Shown here one piece after another: positions 23,408-32,000 of a stretch of 32,000 bases of DNA. Where the stretch lies: positions 30,001 to 62,000 of the forward strand of contig BAAFSQ010000026.1 in NCBI GenBank assembly GCA_054661495.1. The letters run 5' to 3'. A program made the translations under genes and the position numbers. The notes below the pieces were generated by a model. The model searched no databases. It was not told the DNA's origin and saw only the letters and a program-made list of their open reading frames with translations. Source of the stretch: Zygophlyctis sp. KS116. Lineage: Eukaryota > Fungi > Chytridiomycota. The number at the start of each line of letters is the position of its first letter. Position 1 is the stretch's first letter.

Positions 23408-24582
23408 TTAAAGAATTAAATCAGATACATAATTGATAAACTGACCCATCAAGACTCGTAATCTATCGTGTCTTGGAATGAGTAGAGGTCTTTTTAAAGA
23501 GGGAATACTATGATGATCCAATGCCACATCTTCTGGAATTTCCATTACCCATTCATCTCTTTTAAAATGTTTTGTCCGTAAAGTCCCACTCGGTGAGGTA
23601 GGAAATCTACAAGGGATAAATAGCTGATCTTTTCTTAATTCGGACGTTGGTGATTCTCCGGAATGAATGAATGCCAGAGATTTGAAATATGAAAGTGACT
23701 CTTTTTCTATGGATTTATCAACAGTTTGAGTTGCTGCTGAATGAGAGTCGACTTTGTCTCCAATAGTTTGAGTATGTACATGATCAAACGTTTTCTTTGG
23801 TAAATTTTCAAAGTTTGACAATTGCTGAGATAGTTTTAAAGATTCATCAAGATCTTTTCTAAGAGAATCTTCTCTAATTTTTGATTCTGCTAGACAATTT
23901 TCAATCTCTATAGTCTTTTCTATCAGATTCGTATTTTCAGCCTCAATAATCTGTATCTTGATTTTTAAATCGGAACAAATTCCCTTTTCTTCTTTCTGGA
24001 TAAATCCCTTATTGGCAGATGATAACACAATCTGTTGTTTCAACGCATTCATTTCTCGCATACAAACTTCTAAATCCCTCGTCAACTTTTGATTATTCCT
24101 ATTAGATTGAGCCAACTGCCTTATTATTAATTCTAGCTCCTGCGATATTTCATGATTGCTTTTTTCCAAAGATTCTACGTAATCGGACATGTTAAAGGAC
24201 TGTAGTTTTTTTGGAGACGGTGAGAGTGGCGAGTACATTCTAGACTGAGCTTTTATAGGGGTTGTTGGAATAGATGAGTTTCGACTTTTGAATGGAGAAT
24301 CGTTAATGATGTCCGAAGGCGTGTTTGGATTTAGAAGCTCATCATATGCATGCCTCAGATGCTGATTAGCCTGTAGTAGCTGCTGTCCTATTTCAGCAGC
24401 AATAACTAAATCTAATATTAAATGATGTTTTCTTTACCTTTAGAGTTATTTTGTAACTCTTTTTCTGAGAGTTTAAGTCGTTCTATAAGTTCCTCACGGG
24501 ATAAGATAGACAAATCATTTTCAGGCTCATATTTAAAACAAGGCTGGAAATTAGCCATAGCTTGAAATGCATCAATATCCAT
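23408..24582 (-). CDS. Coiled-coil protein with CC1-box-like DLxIAAEIGQQLL motif and two TQT motifs
   Basis: ATG 24582 and a 26-nt intron (24412-24437) join an upstream exon in frame to ORF 23408..24238. Heptad-rich central region. Confidence 0.75.
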
Positions 24583-24658
24583 TCTTCATTAAAAATTAAA
24601 CAATAAATTGCCGATAAGTAACTTTCTATCCAGTCCAAAATCTTGAATTCTCTATTTA

Positions 24659-25829
24659 TTAGTCATATATTCCAAAATTACCATCAGGGCATTCAATAAC
24701 GAATTCAGATGATAGGTTAATGGGAGCCTTTTGATCTTGAGGCTTAAACATATTATTCCAAATCTGTGATCCTGCTTTATTATGTGCTTTGACTGAAGGA
24801 TGAAAACAATCTACTCCAGAAATCATGTCTATGGTTCCATATGAAATATTTGAATGTCCTAAAGAAGGATCATAAACAACGGTAAAGTCATCATAATTTC
24901 TACCCTGATAATCTTTAGCAATTTCTTCTAATTTAAGATTATAAGCAGCAGCCAGTTCATCCATTTTTTGTTTACCTTGATCACCAACAACTTTTTCAGA
25001 GTTACAAATGCACGTTAATGGAAATTTTGAATCGAAAATTCCTCTACAATCTGGAAATTTTCTTGCCATTTCTTCTTGTTTACTGATATTAAAAGGACCC
25101 ACAATTGTTATGAATATTTTTGAGTATCTTGCTCTTACTTCCTCTATTAGATTTCTAATTTGATAATCAAAATGTTTAACAGAGAATTCCAAAGCTTGAG
25201 TTAATTTAAGACAACCAGAACAAACATTATTAAATCCAAATTCCATAAAGAGTAATTTCCAAGGATTTACCATTGATTTAGGAATAAAATCATTATAAAA
25301 TGTGTCCAGGTAGTTTAATTGATTAAAAGTATTGTATAAAGTTGTCCAAGATCCAGACTGAGCCGCATTTAGACCCATTATTGAAGGTTCATAAGGAAAC
25401 TTTCCACCTGCAGGACAAACAGGACCATAACAGTACAAAAAAGAGCTGTTTCCTCTAGATAGACCCGACAATGACGGATTATAATGCGATATAATTGATC
25501 CTACAGAAGAAGAGTCCGGATCTGCACCAGTTATCCAGTTCGCACCCCTAAACTCTGTACTAGAATGAGTCCCTGGCAAAAGTCCCAAATCAAGAGGAGT
25601 TATTTTGTGTGGGGCTCTAGAATTCAGTCCTGCAGTCAATGAATCGCCCATTGCCATGATGACCTTTTATAAGAATTAAAAAATTTACTTGAATATCATC
25701 AGGCCTTAAATCTCTAATATTCTTCGGACCTTGATCTCTCGGCTTCAATGGCGGACATTTCCGATAATGGTCAACAATGACAACATCACACAAGACAATA
25801 TTGAATAGTAATATCAAATATAACATCAT
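24659..25829 (-). CDS. Secreted phospholipase B1-like SGNH/GDSL hydrolase
   Basis: Signal peptide. LRPDDIQ|VIMAMGDSLTAG, EFRG, LNAAQSG, PWKLL...G.NNVC, DCFHPS. 25-nt intron at 25664-25688. Confidence 0.88.
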
Positions 25830-25996
25830 TTCTTATCAATCTTTTGTTCAATTACAGTAGGGTTTACACAAGGTTTTCAACACTGATGTAGTTCAGTCAT
25901 TAAAGTAACTAGGCCAATGGGATGGTCAATTCAATCCTTTATAATCTCCAATGGGGCATTTTAGATTAGAAAAATATCTTTTTGGTTTAAAAAAAA

Positions 25997-26543
25997 CTAG
26001 TCTTCCCGAGGTCTACTTTCTCGATTTCTTCGTTCACCACGTCTTTCATCGCCACCACGATCTCCTCTATCATCTCTACGATAATCTCGGTCACCACGAT
26101 CAGCACGATCTCCTCGATCATAATCACGACGTTCTCCTAATTATAATTATAATTATTATAAATACCTCGACGACCTCCATCTCTACGGTCTCCTCTGTCA
26201 AAGTCTCTTCTTCCTCCTCTTTCAGATCTATCACCTCTTCCCTTGTCTGAAGCCATATCTAAAATTTAAATTTACTTTTTAAAAATTACCACATCTGATA
26301 ACTCTTCCATCCAAATCAGTATCGGACATTTCCTTTATAGCTTTAGCAGCACTTTCTTCATCTTCAAACATGACGAATCCAAATCCTCTAGATCTTCCTG
26401 AACATAAAATTTAAAATAAAAGTACCAGTTTCACGATCAGATATGATGTTAGCAGAGACAAGAGTTCCAAAAGGTTCGAATGCTTTTTTTAAGGATTCAT
26501 CAGTTGTATCCCATGAGAGTCCTCCTACAAATACTTTTGCCAT
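25997..26543 (-). CDS. Glycine-rich/cold-inducible-type RNA-binding protein (one RRM plus R/G/D-rich tail)
   Basis: Missed by the ORF track. MAKVFVGGLSWDTTDESL (RNP2), DRETG|RSRGFGFVMF (RNP1), LDGRVIRC, tail RGDRRDGGRR...REDstop. Introns 26398-26425, 26259-26288, 26137-26165. Confidence 0.92.
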
Positions 26544-26619
26544 TTTTTCTTTTTGCAGAGTCTAGGAATGCAATGTAGGCTCTAATTTAGACGCAGTAAA
26601 AGTCAAAATTGCACTTACA

Positions 26620-28170
26620 ATGGTCAATAGCAAAATTAAATGTCTGAATCAGTTCATGTCTGATCATGATATAAAGATGCATGGGATATCTATAAAGGCT
26701 AATGCATCCAGTGGTTTACATATTATAGCAAATAAAGATTTGACTCAAGATGAAATTGTGGCACTTATCCCAAAAAATTCTGTTTTATCTACAAAAACAA
26801 CTGCGATCGCTGATGTTTTAGAAAGCGCTGGAATTAAAGGGCTTTTGGGATTGGCTATTTCTCTAATGTTTGAAAAAGCAAGAGGGTCTGATTCGCCTTG
26901 GTATGATTATATTAATAGTTTACCAGAAATGGTTGAGATTCCGCTTTTATGGAGTCATAAGGAATTAGAGTGGTTGGATGGAACAGATTTAGGAAATTCA
27001 GTTTTGGGAGATAAGGAGGCGTTACGGGATGATTATGATTATGTATTTTCTATTTTAAAAGATAATCAGCTGTTTCATCCTCTAGATGATTATTCATTTC
27101 AGAAATTTCAATATGCATCATCAATAGTATCATCAAGGGCATTTAATGTAGATGACTATCATGAGCAGTCAATGGTGCCTCTTGCAGATGTGTAGGATTT
27201 AGAAATTTTAAATTATAGATTTAATCATTCATCAATTGAAAATGTGCATTTTCAATGTAATCCAAATGTTTGTGGATTTTGTGGAGAATCAGGGATTTGT
27301 GACTGTGAAATTCTAGATCAAATTCTTGATCAAGTAGATGAAATTGAAAAGGATAAAGACTTTTTAGAATCTGAACAAGAACCCCCATTATTATACAATG
27401 GAAGGGATGATGATCAAGATTCTCTAAATTCTAATGAATCGCAAGAGACAGAGGATCAGGGTATGATGGAAATGGTTATAGTTCATCCTTGTGCAGCTAA
27501 AAAAGAGGTTTTTAATACTTATGGGTATCATCCGAATTCTTACTTGTTGAATCGATATGGGTTCTGTGAAGAAGATAATCCTCATGACGTTTTAAATATA
27601 CATAAACAAGACATTATAAGTATATTTCAACAACTACCTGTTCAGCAATTATCAAAAAGACTTTTACTATGGGAGAAAAATGGACGGGTTTATTGTCAGA
27701 ACATTCAAAAAAAGATGGATATTCTTAAAGATATTGATGTTTCCCAAGAAGAAGCAGAAAATTATATTGAAGGAGAAGATGAAGACGACGATTTAGAAGA
27801 TTTTTTTCATTTGGATTATAACAGTGATCCAAGTTTTGATTTATATTGCTTTTTACAGCTGATGTTGATGAAAATATCTGTTCTCAAAATATTTATGGCC
27901 AATGTCTCGAAATTAGAAGCATTTATAGGAAAATTGGCAGACATAAAATGGAATAATGACAAATCGCTCCCTCTATCTCTACCCATGCGACAAATTATTT
28001 ATCAGATATGTGAAGCCAGAAAATCTAAATATTCAACTACACTTTTGGAAGATTTATCATTATATGACAGCATCAAGGACACTGATCAACAAAAACTCAA
28101 GAGTGCACTAATTTTAAGGATATCAGATAAAAAGATTATTAAAAGATTTTTTGACAAATCCGGAGTGTAG
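26620..28170 (+). CDS. SET-domain protein lysine methyltransferase (SETD6/Rkm3-like)
   Basis: IPKNSVLS, SPWYDYINSLP, PLLWS..EL.WL.GT, SSRAF.VDDYH..SMVPLADV|FNH, a CxxCG insert, EVFNTYG..PNSYLL.RYGF. 27-nt intron at 27192-27218. Confidence 0.88.
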
Positions 28171-28180
28171 CTTGAATAAT

Positions 28181-30284
28181 TCAAAATGTTTGGAAAGGCC
28201 GGTTAAGTAGCTCTCTTGCTTCAAATATTGTTCGGGAAAATGAAGAATAAAAGTTTCCAATGAAAATATCACTATTAGTGTCGAGTTCCCTGTCCATGAG
28301 TGCCATGTCTATTGGATCAAACTTATGCCTTTTGATCTCCTTCATATCATAAATATCTTCAAAAAAGAGAATATTGAATTCTTTCTGTAGATCATTTAGT
28401 TCAGATCGATTTTGTAATAGATTTGTCGAAATATATACATATTGGCCTTCTTCATCCCATGCGCTTTTATAAATAGTATCTAAGGATTTTTCATGAATGG
28501 GCTCAAGTGCAGCCCGAATTTTTTGTTTAATGTCAGATAAAGAAGGATAACAATGGGCTTGAAGAATTGTATCCGGGATCGCCTTGCATTTGTTCCAGTA
28601 ATCACCTCTCCTTATGTGAACAGATACAATCTGTCTATTGCCTATTCTATCTCTAATGGATTTCTTGCAGAAAGACACAATTCGGCCATGGATAATGATA
28701 CCTTTTGTGATTTGCTTGTACAATTCATTATCCATATATGTTAGATACTTTTGGAGAGGATAATCTTGCGTCTTTCCGAATCCGAATGCCCAAAAAAGGG
28801 ATCCAAAGCTCAAGACCTTCGATTTGTCTCCATCAAACATTTCAAGTATAGCTTCTTCACTTAATTGAGACATTTTAGAATGATTCTTGATTGATGTAAA
28901 GTGCAATCCAAGAATTTTTTTGTAGTAGTCTGTTATTTGTTGGTAAGATGTAGCTTTTGCAACCGGATTAAAATGAACATCATTAATACGTTTTCCATGA
29001 AGCTTTTTAAAATTCGAGAAAGATATTACTCTGCATGGTAAATCAACCAAATTGAAATAGGTTTCCATTGGCGCCCAAGAGTAATCTTTATGATCAAAGG
29101 AAAAATTCCACTCTTTTTTAGTTCTATATCCCAAATAAGGCAGAACCAAGATCCTATCTAAAACTTTGGAAATAGCACAAGCAGCTTTAAACCCAATAAT
29201 CTGATTATTAAGCTGCTCCCATGGCATAAACATCAAGAACTTATTTTCAGATTTAGTTTTGATAAGTTCTAAAATAGATGCGACAGCTTCAAATGATTTT
29301 GGTGAATATGAGCCAACTGTTTGAGAAAAAACTTTGATATTCCAAAAAGAATCCATTTGTTCCATCCATTTTTCATCTGTATCTAACCCAATAATCATTA
29401 TTTTCGATTTAAATACAAAAGCAGTACCGATATCTAAAGAATTTTGTGTAACCAGAATATCACATATTGAAAAAAGATGAGCTTGTTCCTGAAATCCCAT
29501 ATCGCTTGAAATCTGGGTCACATCCTTTAAATATTTTTTGAGTCGTGTCTTCAACTTTTGAGAAGTTGTAAATGTACAAATAGTCCGTTTTACAGCTGGT
29601 CTTTGCAATCGTTCAGAATTTACAGAGTCAAAATACCTTTTAAATTTTCTAATCAGTATTATATGATCGAGAACGTTCTTTTGAATTTTCTTTTTAAGAA
29701 TTAAAGCATGATCATATTTGATATATACTGATGGATGATTGATCTTAAAGTCTACAATAGGCTTATAAATGATTTCTGCAAAATCCTTTACATCATTTGA
29801 AGCGATGAATGAAACGGGATTAGATCCTAATTCCCGCATCATATAATCTTGCTTTGCTTGCCACAACATTGCAGCACTAATGATTACTGATATTCTATTT
29901 TCCAAATACCCAGTAAAGAATGTACTATCATGAATTTGTACTATATTATCAGAAAAATTTGGTTCAGTATAGTGAAAATGTATGAGCTTTTCTCCTTTCC
30001 TGGTATGAAATTCCAAGAATCTATCCTCTTTAGAGTGTTTATCGGACATCAAATGAAAATCACTATTATTTACAATTATCAATCCATCCACTAAAGAATA
30101 GTCTTTTGAATGATTATTAACGCTTCCTATTTATTAGATACTACTGAATAAGAAATTTACCGGAGAATGTCCGAACTTTTGTTTTATATGATTTCGTTGT
30201 TGAGGGTGAAAATAAAAAAATTGCCAAGGCAGTAATAATAGCATAAGCTATCCTTTTAGGCCTCTTTACCGATAGAAATCTCAT
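28181..30284 (-). CDS. Type II membrane glycosyltransferase: degenerate GT61-like segment plus GDP-fucose O-fucosyltransferase-like domain
   Basis: ATG 30284, signal-anchor IAYAIITALAIFLF, 34-nt intron at 30127-30160. C-terminal EQLNNQ, LDRILVLP, VHIRRGDY, VYISTN, FIGNFYSSFS. Confidence 0.78.
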
Positions 30285-30529
30285 TATTAAGTATATGCCA
30301 AGGAACTTGTCGATTTAGTCGCTCCGTCGCCAAACCGTCACGTTCAAATCGCGCAAATTTGTGATTGCTAGTTCCTTGCTAATTGACTGCTAATTGATTG
30401 TGTGATCATGATTGAATTTCCAATGATCATGTTTAAGATTGTGGCAGTTAATTCATTATTTCAACAATTGGAAAACTTATTAGATTGCAATCAGTAGCTG
30501 CTTAGGGAGAAAGTTATCCCATTCAAAGG

Positions 30530-30571
30530 TTTTGCGTTTTCGCGTTTAAGTCGCGTGAATTTTGCGTTGAA
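30530..30571 (+). promoter_or_regulatory. CGCG-core (SCB/MCB/E2F-like) element cluster immediately upstream of the RVS161 start codon
   Basis: TTTTGCGTTTTCGCGTTtaagtcgcgtgaattttgcgttgaaATG. Confidence 0.55.
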
Positions 30572-31379
30572 ATGAGTTGGAATGGTTTCGTAAAGGCTGT
30601 AAATAGAGCCACTACCACTGTTATGCAGTCAACCGGGGCTATTGAAAAGACGATTGACAAGGATTTTGAAGATGAGGAAAGACGATTTAAGAATTTTGAG
30701 ATAAAAGTTGAAGCTTTACATCGGGAATCCAAGGGATTTTTAGACTCTGTGCGGGCAATGACTCTGGCTCAAGCAAGAATAGCAGAAACTGTTGATCAAT
30801 TTTATGATGAAACTGCATCATTGGCAAACGCCGGAAGAAAGTATAAAGAGACTGTCTGTCTAATGGATTCAAATGCTAGGACTCAGCTCGACAATAATTA
30901 TAGAACTGCAATCATTGATCCTTTGGGAAAACTGATTTCAATTTTTCCAGATTTTAATGATGCTATAAAAAAAAGACAAAAGAAATTACTGGATTATGAT
31001 AGATTAAGAGCAAATGTTCGAAAATTAGTAGATAAACCATCTGATGATCCTCAAAAACTACCAAGAGTATGTTAAAAATACCTTTAAAATCAATTAGGCT
31101 GAACAAGAAGCAAATCAAGCTAGAGATTTATATGAATCTGTAAATCGACAATTAATTACTGAAATTCCTAAAATGATTGATATGCGAGTCGCATATCTTC
31201 ATCCATCTTTTGAAGCACTAGTTAAATCACAATTACAATTTAATGAAGATGCGTTTTATTCGTTAAATTCAATTTCTAAATCATTTTCTGAAGCACAGAC
31301 AGGATCTCTTGAAGGTAGAGTAGAAAATGCATTACAAAGAATGAAGGAATTAACAATTTGTAGATCTCTGCAGTCTTAA
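30572..31379 (+). CDS. RVS161: Amphiphysin-like N-BAR protein Rvs161/Hob3
   Basis: MSWNGFVKAVNRA, KTIDKDFEDEERRF, GFLDSVRAMT.AQ..IAE, AIKKR.KKLLDYD, KLVDKPSDDP.KLPR|AE, E.PKMIDMRVAYL.PSFEALVK.QL.F. No SH3 domain. 31-nt intron at 31067-31097. Confidence 0.93.
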
Positions 31380-31393
31380 TAAATTTATTTTAA

Positions 31394-31909
31394 ATGAATC
31401 CATTGATCCGATCATCCTTCACATCTGGAATTTTATATAGTATTGGGGATGTAGCATCGCAGTGTCTATCTAATTCAGAATTTGACATTGCTAGAGTTGC
31501 AAGATTTGGTAAGTTGATTTAGACTCATTATAGCATTAACAGGATCAATTTTACATGGTAATATCAATCGCTAATTGTAGGACCTTATTTCCTCTATGGT
31601 TTTAGATTTTTAGATTCTAAATTTCCTGGAAATTCCCTTAAAATCTCAATAACTAAAGCTTTAGCCGGACAAGTGTTTTTATTTCCTCCGTTTGTTACAT
31701 TATTTCTAACTTTTACTGCTCTTCTTCAGGGGGAGTCGCCACTTAAACATTACAAAGAGTCATGGATCAAATTAAATACCAGTGGACTTTTAATCTGGCC
31801 AATCGCCAATGTTGTAAATTTCAGGTATGTTCCTGCTCAATATCGTGTACTTTATGTCAACATGATCGGACTCGGATGGAATACATATCTAAGTACAGTA
31901 GCTCATTAG
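31394..31909 (+). CDS. Mpv17/PMP22 family membrane protein (Sym1-like)
   Basis: TSGILYSIGDVASQ, FDIARVARF, HGP, WPIANVVNFRYVP.QYRVLYVN.IGLGWNTYLS. Introns 31509-31533 and 31558-31580. Confidence 0.9.
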
Positions 31910-32000
31910 TCTGGGATCATTATTAATAAATTGGATTCCATTATCTAGATCAAGTTAAATTTCTGGAACCAGTCTTTCATGGCTTTATCAGCTCATGATT

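Noticed and set aside
30405-30432. SECIS-like AUGA...UGA core
   Set aside because: The helix between the motifs is far too short, the site is not in a 3' UTR, and no neighbouring gene has an in-frame UGA.
31910-32000. Possible 3' end of another minus-strand gene
   Set aside because: Too short to assign a frame or product.

Overview
AT-rich (roughly one-third GC by eye) eukaryotic DNA from a very compact genome. It is most likely a zoosporic (chytrid-like) fungus, given fungal-type Rvs161, Atg15, Rkm3-like and Ibp1/Ych1-like genes together with a flagellum-associated STPG2-like gene. I reconstructed by hand 25 protein-coding genes (one cut by the window edge) and one degenerate ORF island. 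The ORF track looks fragmented because the genes carry about 51 spliceosomal introns: 50 are only 23-34 nt, all start GTA, AAG acceptors outnumber CAG, and there is no polypyrimidine tract. Main observations: (1) operon-like packing, with 13 consecutive minus-strand genes and stop-to-ATG spacers as short as 2, 9, 11, 14 and 19 nt; (2) a 2-nt microexon (AG) required to rebuild the conserved QGEYVAP motif of a peroxisomal acyl-CoA synthetase; (3) a single 70-nt SER1 intron that resolves into a normal 26-nt intron plus a hairpin insert flanked by a direct repeat; (4) an identical 17-bp CGCG-core element shortly upstream of two start codons; (5) a candidate dynein adaptor with a CC1 box and two TQT motifs. 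No rRNA, tRNA, CRISPR array or intact transposon is evident. All gene models are manual predictions without transcript support.
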